Below are positions 7,670 to 18,144 of a DNA stretch of 27,610 nucleotides, in pieces (position 1 is the first letter of the stretch; the number at the start of each line of letters is the position of its first letter). Source of the DNA: a virus (lineage: Duplodnaviria; Caudoviricetes); IMG/VR virus record IMGVR_UViG_3300033076_000739, positions 1 through 27,610 of that record; one strand, written 5' to 3'. The position numbers and the translations under genes are program-made. A model generated the notes under the pieces. That model was not told the DNA's origin and did not search any database. It saw nothing but the letters and a program-made list of their open reading frames with translations.

Positions 7670-10600
7670 TATTCAACTACTTGACCGTTTACTATTGTTA
7701 TACCATCACAACTACATACTCTATAGCCACTTGGACCTGTTGCATCTGATGCGGTAGAATCTGTATATACTACATCATAACCATTTGTTTCACTTACAGA
7801 AATGCTAAATGAATCACCTAATGGTCTTATTATGTAGAAACCATTATACTTGGTACTATCTGCTCGATTATAAGATAATTGAGCGCTGTAATTTGTTAAA
7901 CCTAAACTAGCAAATGCTGTATTTAAGAAATCAACAAAATTAGTATACGTAACATAAGAAGTACCATCGATTAACACATTTGTTGTTGACGCAGTTGTTA
8001 AGTTTGTACTAGTTAAAGCGTATGAAGGTGGTACTACAACCAATTCACTTTCATTTACTATCATAGAATCCATTGTGTAGGTATAGTCAGTAACCCCAAA
8101 ATTGTTGAATCCATTAGTCATCCATGTTATATCATCTGGTAAAGTATACCAACAAGCTGTCAACTCTAATGGTATTTCAAAATCAACCGTTACAGAACAA
8201 CCGTTTTTATCAATTACTGTTACTGAATAAGAACCGTAAGTATCATAATATGTAAATGAATCAGTCCCACCGTTGCTCCAATAATATGCAACTGGATTTT
8301 CGGCACCAGTAACATTAGCAGTTGCTCTTAGTCCTTCAACAATCACTTCAACTTGTAATGTACATTCATTTATGGCGCTACCATTATTTTCATTAGGCAA
8401 TACTTTTGCACCACTTATACTAACGGTACCTATGAATTCATTAGCTGAATTCATTTGCGCCACCCATATTTCGTCACATGATGTAACAATACTTGATACT
8501 GACACACTATTACCAGAAGTTGGTGTCAGCGTAACCATGTCAGTATGTATATTAGCTGAAAATCCGTTGGTTCCATTGATTGGACTTACCACGTGTTCAC
8601 CTATAAATGGGTTATTACAAAATAAAGATGAATACCCCTTATATTTAAATTTTTGTTGGTCAAATAATGTGTTTGAATAAATCTTAACACTACCCCATAT
8701 TGTTGTTGATGGGATTACTTGTTCAATAATATCAACCCAATAATTACCAACCAAACCAGCAAATTGGTCTATGGTCAAGTAATCAAAACCAGAACTTTTA
8801 ACACCGCAGAATATTTCACTATTAAGATATCTATCATATAACGCTCTTAAAGTCGCATAACCAGAAATTGTTTGTCTATTTTTAGCATCAATTAATTCGG
8901 ATGTTAAAAAATATTCAAAGTCTTCAACTGTTGTTACAGCAGTTAAAGGTTGTGTCATTAAACTATCGAAAGAAATTAAATTATCACCACAACAAGAAAC
9001 ATTAAGACTATTAGGGTCAGTAGTTTCATCCATGAAATCATATGGGATACCATCTTCAAATTCAAAAGGTATTCCGTCTTGATACTGTTTGTATGTTATG
9101 TTTACCGCACAAGGGTCACAATAAGTTTCACCAGTTAAAATACATGGATTATTAATTATATAGCACCAAATATCTGTTTCAATTGCAGATGCTAAACTAA
9201 TATCCAAATCTATTTCTTTTGTATTGATAACCAAACGTTCATCATTAACATCATAATTGGTTATACGAATTGGATTTGTGTCGTCAGTATTTCTTAAATC
9301 AAAAGGTCTTTCTTGATAGCTAGTGCTTTTTAACCATGATTTTTTATTGTCACGAATTTTTTCAAGCTCAAAACCTGGTGATTGTGTGACAAATAAATTT
9401 GTTTTACTAACAGAAGAACATTCACGGTCTAATTTAACATTATCCAATAAAATACATACATCACCACAAGTATGGTTTAAATTTAAAGATATTGTAATTT
9501 TTTGATTAGTAATAGCACTTATAATATTTTGGTCGTCAACAACTACGGTGTGGTGTAACCAATCTGACGCAAATGAATGGTTAGGTAAACTAGCCACAAA
9601 ATCATTATAAGAATTAAACAAATTAGCTGGTGTTTCACTATACAAACTTTGTAACAATGAATCTAAAACCGTTGAACATGTTGAATCGTTTGTTCCATCG
9701 ATTAATAACGGAGTACTATTATTGTTAGTAATGTAAAATCCGCTAGCTAAGTTTGTGTTATTAGAAATATTTGTTAAATAATCATATAACATACCATAAC
9801 CTATTGCAGGAAATACTGTTGTATCTTCATATACAGAGACAGTACCACCAGTGCTAGGTAAAACATTCAACGACATTGAAACGTCAATGGTTTCCAACAT
9901 ATTGATAGGTATAGCACAACCAGACAGAGACAATGAAGTTTGTTGAGATATTAAATTGTTCAATTCAGCATTAAGAGAAGCCAATTCTGTTTGACAATTT
10001 GTTTGTTCAACTATTAAAGCATCTAATTGATTTAGTAAATTAGTTAACGTACCAAAAGGTGTTTCACATTCAAATATAAGCGTAGGACCATTTGCTGTTT
10101 GTAAACTAAGTAATGTTTGCACATCTTCTTGTGTAAAAGATGTTGGGTCACCATTTAAAAACAATTGATAATTAACAGGTCCTAAAATATTAGCCCAAGC
10201 ATTTAATCCATCAGGTTGTGTAATACAATATAATGTCACCTCACCAACAGATGGTACGCTTTGACCCAATGGTGGTGTTTGAGGGGTTAATTTAGCAGCT
10301 ATAACTGGTGATGCAGATGGAAAACCAGTGTTTGAAAAATTTGACGTATTGGTTGTTGTAGGTGTAGTTTTAATTAACGTTTTACCAGGCAACACCGTTG
10401 TTTGATAAGGTACCGAATAATTAGTTAAAGCAATTTGCTCTTCTACAAAAGCAATTTGCTCGGTAATATATTCACAATTTACTGTTTGTGTGTCAATCAA
10501 AGATTGTATTTCAGCAATTTGTGAAGAAATAAAATCATTAGGTGAAACACCAACTGGTAATTGAGAATTAATCAATAAATTGTTTAATGTTTCACATTTT

Positions 10601-10923
10601 ATTTTTAGTAAAAAATCAAAATCAATTTTAATTGAGCAGATTTTATCTTGTTCTTGTGTAAAAATAACACCATCATTACCGTTAGGGTTAAGTGTTATAT
10701 TAAACGCATTTTCAATACTACATGATTTGTTTTCAGACCATAAACATTTTTGGGTGTTTGCATCCCAAACAAATGTATTGTCTATAGCCAAACAACATTG
10801 TTGATTTAAAATAACAGGAGCCAACACACCATTCGATGGCATGAACACAGAAATAGTACCGTCTTGGTTGTAATTCAACTGACCTTGACTAGTGATAGTG
10901 CTTTTATCTAAACAAACTCCCAT
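7669..10923 (-). CDS. Large virion/baseplate protein with coiled-coil segments and a SprB/PKD-like domain
   Basis: 1084 aa. Heptad-like segments (IAEIQSLIDTQ..., LASLNAELNNL). YYWSNG...GSYSVTVIDKNGC is SprB-like. Located in the baseplate cluster. Confidence 0.6.
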   Translation of the reverse strand: MGVCLDKSTITSQGQLNYNQDGTISVFMPSNGVLAPVILNQQCCLAIDNTFVWDANTQKCLWSENKSCSIENAFNITLNPNGNDGVIFTQEQDKICSIKIDFDFLLKIKCETLNNLLINSQLPVGVSPNDFISSQIAEIQSLIDTQTVNCEYITEQIAFVEEQIALTNYSVPYQTTVLPGKTLIKTTPTTTNTSNFSNTGFPSASPVIAAKLTPQTPPLGQSVPSVGEVTLYCITQPDGLNAWANILGPVNYQLFLNGDPTSFTQEDVQTLLSLQTANGPTLIFECETPFGTLTNLLNQLDALIVEQTNCQTELASLNAELNNLISQQTSLSLSGCAIPINMLETIDVSMSLNVLPSTGGTVSVYEDTTVFPAIGYGMLYDYLTNISNNTNLASGFYITNNNSTPLLIDGTNDSTCSTVLDSLLQSLYSETPANLFNSYNDFVASLPNHSFASDWLHHTVVVDDQNIISAITNQKITISLNLNHTCGDVCILLDNVKLDRECSSVSKTNLFVTQSPGFELEKIRDNKKSWLKSTSYQERPFDLRNTDDTNPIRITNYDVNDERLVINTKEIDLDISLASAIETDIWCYIINNPCILTGETYCDPCAVNITYKQYQDGIPFEFEDGIPYDFMDETTDPNSLNVSCCGDNLISFDSLMTQPLTAVTTVEDFEYFLTSELIDAKNRQTISGYATLRALYDRYLNSEIFCGVKSSGFDYLTIDQFAGLVGNYWVDIIEQVIPSTTIWGSVKIYSNTLFDQQKFKYKGYSSLFCNNPFIGEHVVSPINGTNGFSANIHTDMVTLTPTSGNSVSVSSIVTSCDEIWVAQMNSANEFIGTVSISGAKVLPNENNGSAINECTLQVEVIVEGLRATANVTGAENPVAYYWSNGGTDSFTYYDTYGSYSVTVIDKNGCSVTVDFEIPLELTACWYTLPDDITWMTNGFNNFGVTDYTYTMDSMIVNESELVVVPPSYALTSTNLTTASTTNVLIDGTSYVTYTNFVDFLNTAFASLGLTNYSAQLSYNRADSTKYNGFYIIRPLGDSFSISVSETNGYDVVYTDSTASDATGPSGYRVCSCDGITIVNGQVVE

Positions 10924-10929
10924 TTTACT

Positions 10930-10938
10930 TATAAATAT
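10930..10938 (-). promoter_or_regulatory. ATATTTATA motif upstream of the 1084-aa gene
   Basis: 6 nt upstream of the ATG at 10923, within a 23-nt gap. Confidence 0.5.
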
Positions 10939-10946
10939 TTATTTTC

Positions 10947-13649
10947 TTATAATTTACTTCCATTAGAAAGGATAATATTATTTGCCGTAACATTGTTATG
11001 ACCCACAGGGAAACAAGATGTTTGATTTTGAACCCTTTCTAGGTAATAATTATAAATAGCACTAGACGTACCATTTTGTAAATCATTAATACCTTCAGCG
11101 GTTAATTGACAACCGTAACCAAATTGACCAGTATACGGGTCAAAAACATCAGGTACTGCAATCGAATAATTCGGTATACAATTACAACCATCTGGCGTTA
11201 CAATAGATGATGTGCCGTCTGGTTTAGTAAATTGTAAGTAAGTTGATTGAGGGCCGCTATATGTTGAAGTTAAAGCAGGTAGAGCTATTGTTGACAAATC
11301 TACCATCCAACCACATGCAATAATACATCCACAACTAGCTGTTGTATCGCAACATATATAACCGCTATTCACAACAGTTCCTTCTGAAATATCAGTATAT
11401 AAAAAAGGTGAACCTCCAATAAATTTACAACATTCTTGAGGTACGTAAGGTGTTGTGTTTAAAACTGGGTTACCATTGCTATCTGTGAAAACTTGACCAT
11501 TAACATCGTATTGATTAAAAGAAAATTCATAAATACCCAATTCAGTATTATCAATATAGTTTGATAAATCTTCACCGCACTGAGATGATATTGTACTTTC
11601 TTTCTTTTCAATACAAATACTCAAAATTTTATCATCTTTTGCATCAACACAACCACAGTCATTATATACTGTTTTAGGGTTAGGGTCATTATCAATAGAT
11701 GGTCTGAAAACTACACAATCGCTAAAATCAACACCATTTGCAGTTGTAATTTGAACAGTGTCTACGGTTGTCGCTGTTGACACATTAAAACTTCCGTCAT
11801 CATAATTCGTGTAAAGATTTAAAGCATCAGTTGTTACTGTTACAGAACTAATAGTTACAGCAGAAAAATTATCGATTAACTCTCTAAATTGATTTAAATA
11901 TTTGTTACCACCATCATAAGGCCCAACGTGTGGATTGTTACCACCTAAAATATCAATTGTTGAACCACTACCGCCAGTTTCTCTATACCATAAACCGTTA
12001 CCTTGGAAATACATATTGTCAGTATCTTTTAGCGGTCTAGGATAACCTTCAGAATCAATAGGGTAAGCTGATAAATCAGTGTTTAACCCTTGTAATTCCA
12101 ATATTTTTTTAAATAAATCAACATTTATTGGCCCGTTGGCTTTGTAAATGTATTCATTAAATTTGACCAATCCTTGTGGTACACCTATAAATCTTAAAAA
12201 GAATTCTATAGCTTTTCTAGTACCTTTAGATTTCCAAATCCATGGTGAGTTCAAAATTATTCGTCTCCAAAGTTCAATATCTGCATCAACAGCTGTCAAA
12301 CCAACTGACATACCTGAATATGTAGATTGTGAACTTGTAACATATGTTGATAATAAGTCATTGTCAAAAACCGATGAAACCAATTCCCAACCTAAAACTC
12401 TTGCTAGGTTTTTAAGGTAAATGTCTGGCGTGTTATCTTGTTTATCATACGTAACAACATTTGAAAATTGAATGCCCAAAATAAATTGATTCAATTCGTC
12501 AAATTCAACACCATAAATTTGTAAAGTTTTATTTACTTTACCACCAGATGTGTCTTGGTCCAAGTCAGATAAATGCACAGGTGTTGTGTCAAATGATGAT
12601 ATCGATTCTGAAACCAAAAATCTATTCATCAAATTACTTGAAAACAAGTCATTAGAATTAGCAATATCTAATAATTGTGAAGCATATAAAGCGTAATTAT
12701 CAGTGTCAAAATCTATATTATAACCATCTGATACTGGCCAAGTTACTGAATTGGTAACGTATAATATTATACCAGTATCAGTTTTTATTGGATACCTGAA
12801 TGTTGCAGTATATTTCGGTGATACGTGACGATTTAATAAATACGCTTCAAAATCTGGCAAACTATTATAAAACTGTTCTTCTTTAATTTTCTTTGGTTTT
12901 ATATGGTAAATTGGTATTCCGTTTGTTAAATTAGGAAAAGGGTTGCCATTGACTTTAAAATAAATGTAATCATTTTTTTGATTTGTTGATGCCGTGAAAT
13001 TTAAAATAGGATATTCAACATCATTATACAATATAGCATAAGATGCGTAGTTTATTGTTAAATTTCTCAAACTATTTGTTGTACTGAAACTATCAATTAT
13101 ATTACCGTTAGTTGTATAATTTATTTCAAAATTGTTAATTATGAAATTTGTATCAACAGCAAAGGTACTAACTTGATTTAAATTATCGTATGTGTAATTT
13201 TGTACAGTATAACCAGTATATGTTGTACCAGCAGCATCGCTTCTAACTGGGTACAAATATAAAGAAGCTGGCCAATTTATTATTATATCTTCTAATGATA
13301 CTCTAATGAATTCGCTTAATGAACCAAATAAAGCATAATAATTTAAATTAGATTTATCTAAATTTAAATAAACGCCAGCATTGTTTGACAATAAAGCAGT
13401 TGATTCCGTTAAAGACACCTTCAAATCTTGTAATGTCATAAAACCAGAAAACTTAGCACTATTAAAGTACTTGTCTAGTTTAGGTTCAAGATTGGTCGTA
13501 ACATAGAAATTACCCATCGTAAATAATGGGGTACCTCCATTTGAAGCCAATTGAAATCCTACCAAATCTGGTGAAAACGGTGTGTATTCAATACCGTCAA
13601 TGTATTGAATCTTTTGCGCATAACCAGCTACTTTTATCTTATCACTCAT
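10947..13649 (-). CDS. Baseplate wedge protein, P2 gpI / T4 gp7-like core with Cys-rich C-terminus
   Basis: 900 aa. YLKNLARVLGWEL...WRRIILNSPWIWKSKGTRKAIEFFLRFIG matches the Tail_P2_I-type LAxxxG...KGTxxA motif. Confidence 0.7.
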   Translation of the reverse strand: MSDKIKVAGYAQKIQYIDGIEYTPFSPDLVGFQLASNGGTPLFTMGNFYVTTNLEPKLDKYFNSAKFSGFMTLQDLKVSLTESTALLSNNAGVYLNLDKSNLNYYALFGSLSEFIRVSLEDIIINWPASLYLYPVRSDAAGTTYTGYTVQNYTYDNLNQVSTFAVDTNFIINNFEINYTTNGNIIDSFSTTNSLRNLTINYASYAILYNDVEYPILNFTASTNQKNDYIYFKVNGNPFPNLTNGIPIYHIKPKKIKEEQFYNSLPDFEAYLLNRHVSPKYTATFRYPIKTDTGIILYVTNSVTWPVSDGYNIDFDTDNYALYASQLLDIANSNDLFSSNLMNRFLVSESISSFDTTPVHLSDLDQDTSGGKVNKTLQIYGVEFDELNQFILGIQFSNVVTYDKQDNTPDIYLKNLARVLGWELVSSVFDNDLLSTYVTSSQSTYSGMSVGLTAVDADIELWRRIILNSPWIWKSKGTRKAIEFFLRFIGVPQGLVKFNEYIYKANGPINVDLFKKILELQGLNTDLSAYPIDSEGYPRPLKDTDNMYFQGNGLWYRETGGSGSTIDILGGNNPHVGPYDGGNKYLNQFRELIDNFSAVTISSVTVTTDALNLYTNYDDGSFNVSTATTVDTVQITTANGVDFSDCVVFRPSIDNDPNPKTVYNDCGCVDAKDDKILSICIEKKESTISSQCGEDLSNYIDNTELGIYEFSFNQYDVNGQVFTDSNGNPVLNTTPYVPQECCKFIGGSPFLYTDISEGTVVNSGYICCDTTASCGCIIACGWMVDLSTIALPALTSTYSGPQSTYLQFTKPDGTSSIVTPDGCNCIPNYSIAVPDVFDPYTGQFGYGCQLTAEGINDLQNGTSSAIYNYYLERVQNQTSCFPVGHNNVTANNIILSNGSKL

Positions 13650-13655
13650 TTTTTA

Positions 13656-14579
13656 TTATACTGTTGTAATAGTTGTAAATGTTTTATCAAAATCAATAGA
13701 TGTTCTTTGTTCTCTAACTTCAAACAATGGTTTACCAGTAAATCTATCTTTGATTTCATATAAGTCGTATTGCTTGTAAATTTCATTATTGAAGTTGTAA
13801 ATAGTGTAAATACCATCTTCAATAGATTTTGTTTGATTACCAAACATAGCAAACGCAAGTGTTTCAATGTCATGTTGAACCATTTCTACTTCAATCATTA
13901 TTGGATTGAAGAATGTATTGGTTATGATAACCTGTTGGTTAGGTTGACCAATAAACGGTGTCGCATTTGGTTTCACGTTTGATGCTGATGAAGGTGAAAC
14001 AGTACAAAATGTTAGGGTTGAATTATCATTAAAACGATAACGAATAGCTTTTTGGTTACTATTTGTTAAATTTTGATTTACTGGTTCAGCTCTATTGTTA
14101 GATGTTATAATTCTGAAAAAATTATTGACCTTAGCATCATTTGTTGTCGCTGTATTATTCAAATATTCTATTCTGTAACCAACCAAACCGTTATTTTCAA
14201 ATCTAGTTAGGAAGTTTTGAGGTATTGAAGACAAATCAAACAACAAACCGAATGTGTCTGGATACGCTGACAAAACCCCAACATCAACTATTTTAGTACG
14301 AATTTCAACAGGTTTTATGATTATCGTATAAAACCCCTTAGCACCAAAAGAAGTTGCTGGTAATTTTAACGTATACATACCACCAAATAACTCAGGCCCA
14401 ACTATATTAGATTGAGATTTATTTGGGTTATCCATTTTAATCAAGACATCACTTGAATTCAATTTCAGTAATGATGTATTACCTACTTCACCTCTAGATG
14501 GCGTGTAATGGTAAAAAATTTCCACATCATCTGGTGTTATATCAGCTGGTCTTACTATCCCGTATGTTCCTGTTGCCAT
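13656..14579 (-). CDS. Hypothetical virion/baseplate protein
   Basis: 307-aa beta-rich ORF in the co-oriented structural cluster. No family recognised. Confidence 0.6.
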   Translation of the reverse strand: MATGTYGIVRPADITPDDVEIFYHYTPSRGEVGNTSLLKLNSSDVLIKMDNPNKSQSNIVGPELFGGMYTLKLPATSFGAKGFYTIIIKPVEIRTKIVDVGVLSAYPDTFGLLFDLSSIPQNFLTRFENNGLVGYRIEYLNNTATTNDAKVNNFFRIITSNNRAEPVNQNLTNSNQKAIRYRFNDNSTLTFCTVSPSSASNVKPNATPFIGQPNQQVIITNTFFNPIMIEVEMVQHDIETLAFAMFGNQTKSIEDGIYTIYNFNNEIYKQYDLYEIKDRFTGKPLFEVREQRTSIDFDKTFTTITTV

Positions 14580-14627
14580 ATTTTTTTAGTTTTTATTAAT
14601 TTAACTAAGTTTTTTTCAAAGTCCATT

Positions 14628-15506
14628 TTATTGTTTAACAACATTATAAAAACCATTACCATATTTGGTTAAACTTCCAATATTTTTAATTTCTGAAAGT
14701 CTTAAATGGGTGTCCATAACGCTAGTTATACCTCTGTCTATAAATACATCATTTTTAACTTCTGGTTTAGAAATTATACCAAATAAGTACTCTTCTTTTG
14801 TAATAGCAGATAATGACGTATTTGTTTGGTTTCTACCTTCACCTATATATCTAACATCAGTACGTGGTATGACTGTATTTCGACCATTTACAGTAACATT
14901 TCTAGTTATACCACTATAATCAGTATATAACAAACCAGTATTTTGGTTGTTGGTACCTAAATTTTGGTCATCTTCAGCATCAAAAACATATTTTGATACA
15001 CTACCATACTGACTAATTCTACTAACCCCATCAATTAATGACCCAATGTAGTTTGTATATGTTTCGGTATTGATGTTAAAACCTGGTTGATATAGGTTTT
15101 GACTATTATAAGACCTCAAATCATCAATTTTACTATCTGTTGAACCAGTTACTACTGAAAATTGGTAATTATAATAGCCAGATTCGCTTTTTGATGGCAA
15201 TCTAAGGGTAAATTCTTCAGTTTTTGTCAATCCACTATTAATATAAATTGACGGAGTGGTCATAAAAGGAAAGGTGTAGCCACTTTGTGACAATTTATTA
15301 ACCAAAATAGTATAGTCTACAGGCGTTGGATTTGTTGTATCAGCCGAAAAATACTCAATTTCAGTGAACATACCCATGTCATCAATGTTTTGCGTTAAAA
15401 AAACGTTGATGTAAAACGTATCAGCGGTTAAAGTACCCCAAGTTTTACTATTATAAGACCTGTCAATACTATTTTCTAATAATATTTTTCTCTTAAACAC
15501 TTCCAT
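14628..15506 (-). CDS. Hypothetical virion/baseplate protein
   Basis: 292-aa ORF. Start overlaps the upstream stop (TAATG). Confidence 0.6.
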   Translation of the reverse strand: MEVFKRKILLENSIDRSYNSKTWGTLTADTFYINVFLTQNIDDMGMFTEIEYFSADTTNPTPVDYTILVNKLSQSGYTFPFMTTPSIYINSGLTKTEEFTLRLPSKSESGYYNYQFSVVTGSTDSKIDDLRSYNSQNLYQPGFNINTETYTNYIGSLIDGVSRISQYGSVSKYVFDAEDDQNLGTNNQNTGLLYTDYSGITRNVTVNGRNTVIPRTDVRYIGEGRNQTNTSLSAITKEEYLFGIISKPEVKNDVFIDRGITSVMDTHLRLSEIKNIGSLTKYGNGFYNVVKQ

Positions 15507-16354
15507 TATAACGAAATTATTTGATATAGGTTAACTGTTACCATGTTATTAGCAACATTATGGGTACATGTAACATTGTTAGCGCCAGTATTACTACTAT
15601 TACCTTGATAAGTTTCATCTATTTCATAGTAATACCCACTACTAGTCCTAGTTAATTTATATCTAGTGTACAATTCGTGGATTAAAATATCAATAGGTAA
15701 AGGTGTGTTTTTAACCATCATATTCGTACTAGTCCCTAATTTAGCATTTTTAAAAGAAGCTCTCATATACAAGTATTTTACATCACCTATATTTAATTCA
15801 TCTTTATAATCATATAAATGATACCCTTCAGAGAAACTTTTTAAAGATATAATAGGATTTTCTAAAACATACATTATTGGTATCTGATTTGCAGGTTTTG
15901 GCTGACCAGGAATAGCACCAACAGTACCTAATGGCACCAAATCATTGGTTTTTAATTCTGAATATAAAGTAACATTTGAAATTAAATTTTGAGTCAATGG
16001 ATTATCAGAATCGTAAAAATCTAAATTCAAAAATGTTTTATTAAAAGATTCGTACCCGTATTTTATTTCATCATCCGTAAATCCAGCATCTGCATATGTT
16101 GAACCGTTGATTAAATTGACTTGGTAAATTATTTTTTTAATAACGCCTTCATTATTAAACGGTAAAAACCTAACTTTTTCATAGTCAATAATAGGGTTTA
16201 TCCCTTTTTCTGTTTCAACATCAACAAATACTCTGTCAATCAATTCTGATTGGTCAACCATTTGAAAATTCATGGTTATAGGAATATTAATCAACATTTC
16301 TGTTGAATTACTTGAAAAAGAGTTGATATTGAATTGGTATTTGTTAACAAACAT
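15506..16354 (-). CDS. Hypothetical virion/baseplate protein
   Basis: 282-aa ORF overlapping the upstream gene by 11 nt. Confidence 0.6.
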   Translation of the reverse strand: MFVNKYQFNINSFSSNSTEMLINIPITMNFQMVDQSELIDRVFVDVETEKGINPIIDYEKVRFLPFNNEGVIKKIIYQVNLINGSTYADAGFTDDEIKYGYESFNKTFLNLDFYDSDNPLTQNLISNVTLYSELKTNDLVPLGTVGAIPGQPKPANQIPIMYVLENPIISLKSFSEGYHLYDYKDELNIGDVKYLYMRASFKNAKLGTSTNMMVKNTPLPIDILIHELYTRYKLTRTSSGYYYEIDETYQGNSSNTGANNVTCTHNVANNMVTVNLYQIISL

Positions 16355-18143
16355 CGTCAGCTGATTTAATAATAAATTTATCGGTCATTGACTCGCCCAA
16401 TGGGTCAGCTGGGTATTGTGAATAATACAACCCCCAAAAATCAAATGGGTCTTGACGTTTAACCATAAAGCAATAATTATCATACATATAATGACAACCA
16501 TTTAAAAACGGATAATTCAAGACATTTTCACCAGTTTGGGTAAAACCAATATCCAATAAATCTCTCCATAAATATCTACCATCGTTTAAACTTACGGCAT
16601 AATTTGGTATGCCGACAGTGTATTGGTCACCTTGTTCTATGTAATTAGAAAACTCTCTAATCTTTATTAAATGATGAGCTTTATAATAATACCCTTCTTG
16701 TCTAGGACCCAAGTTTATTGTATTAGTCACATCTTGTGTCCCATCTAAAACACTTCCTTCGCTAACAATATATGTCAACGTAGGGTTTGTTTCCCTATTA
16801 ATAGTGTTAAATCTATGGTGAACATCCGCTAAAACGATTTCTTTCAATTCATTTTGATTGTATTCAACCAAATCACCATAAAACTCATCTTGATGCGAAT
16901 AACCCAAATAATCTACTGGTGAATTTATATTAACGTTTGTTTCTAATGGTCTATGTGATATAAATGGTAGAGTACCGCCATTATGTATTTTATGAATAAT
17001 CGGTAAAGATAAAAGATATTGGTTGGTTTGGCTAGTGTTTAATATTGAAATATAAGGTGATTCAATACCAGATGAAACATTAGTGAACAAACCATTGCTA
17101 TCAGTTTTAACTATTGTCAAATATAATTCACTTATTGGTCTACCTAAATTATCGGTTAAACCACTAACATTTATGTCTTCATTAAATACAAATTGTTGAA
17201 CTTTATCAGTAAATTTATTTTGACTAAAGGCAAGATTATATACTTCGTAATCATCTTGTTCAATAACAGCTGTATTTCTAGTTTTTACTTTTCTGAATTT
17301 TCTAAAGTAATAAACAGAATCAACACCACCAAAAGTTTTAACCATTCGTGAGTTAAAAGATAAATTACCGATTGGTTGTAAATCTAAGACAAAATAATAT
17401 TCTTTTAAATCTCCATTATCTAACCCTGTTCTAATAACAACATGTTCACCATCATATCCTGTAGTTCCACTTATTTTTACTATATCACCAATGTTTAAAT
17501 TATGTCTACAAGCAACACCAAATGCGGTCATCGCTCTACTAGACACAGTAGCTAACATAGAGTCTATAATCAAAAGACCACCATTAACCATGTTATGTGT
17601 TGTATCTGTTGAATACGGATAAGTAATCGTCAATTCCCAATTTTTATCGGTTGCATAATTTTCACCATGAAATGGATTGTAGTCAACAGTAAAACTAAAA
17701 CGTTTTCTACTTGGTTCCATATCAAAAAATTGACACAATCCTTGGCTTTGTACATCAGGGTTGTAATAACCAAACCAACCTTCGCTTTCTTTTAAATAAT
17801 CAACAATATTTTGAGTGAACAAAGAACTATTAAATCTGTATTTGTTGGTGGATTGGTCTTTGTAATTAAAACCTTTCCATGTAAATTTATCAACAAAAAG
17901 AGTATCATCCAAATTAAACAACGGATTGCTAATTACAGGGTTTATTGTACCAATAATTCTATAAAAAGGACTTCTTTGTCTTTCAACATCAAACCTATCA
18001 CCAGCATTTATGATTTTATTAATTTGGTCTGGTGGAAGTAATCGCTCTTCACCATCGATATTAATTTTCAAAAATGTATCGGTGTTTACAGATGTTTTTG
18101 AAACATCACCTTTAAGTATTTGTTGTGTTCTTATTGTATTCAT
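16344..18143 (-). CDS. Hypothetical virion/baseplate protein
   Basis: 599 aa. HNLNIGDIVKISGTTGYDGEHVV resembles a small beta-barrel insertion common in phage tail proteins. Confidence 0.6.
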   Translation of the reverse strand: MNTIRTQQILKGDVSKTSVNTDTFLKINIDGEERLLPPDQINKIINAGDRFDVERQRSPFYRIIGTINPVISNPLFNLDDTLFVDKFTWKGFNYKDQSTNKYRFNSSLFTQNIVDYLKESEGWFGYYNPDVQSQGLCQFFDMEPSRKRFSFTVDYNPFHGENYATDKNWELTITYPYSTDTTHNMVNGGLLIIDSMLATVSSRAMTAFGVACRHNLNIGDIVKISGTTGYDGEHVVIRTGLDNGDLKEYYFVLDLQPIGNLSFNSRMVKTFGGVDSVYYFRKFRKVKTRNTAVIEQDDYEVYNLAFSQNKFTDKVQQFVFNEDINVSGLTDNLGRPISELYLTIVKTDSNGLFTNVSSGIESPYISILNTSQTNQYLLSLPIIHKIHNGGTLPFISHRPLETNVNINSPVDYLGYSHQDEFYGDLVEYNQNELKEIVLADVHHRFNTINRETNPTLTYIVSEGSVLDGTQDVTNTINLGPRQEGYYYKAHHLIKIREFSNYIEQGDQYTVGIPNYAVSLNDGRYLWRDLLDIGFTQTGENVLNYPFLNGCHYMYDNYCFMVKRQDPFDFWGLYYSQYPADPLGESMTDKFIIKSADDVC

Positions 18144-18144
18144 T

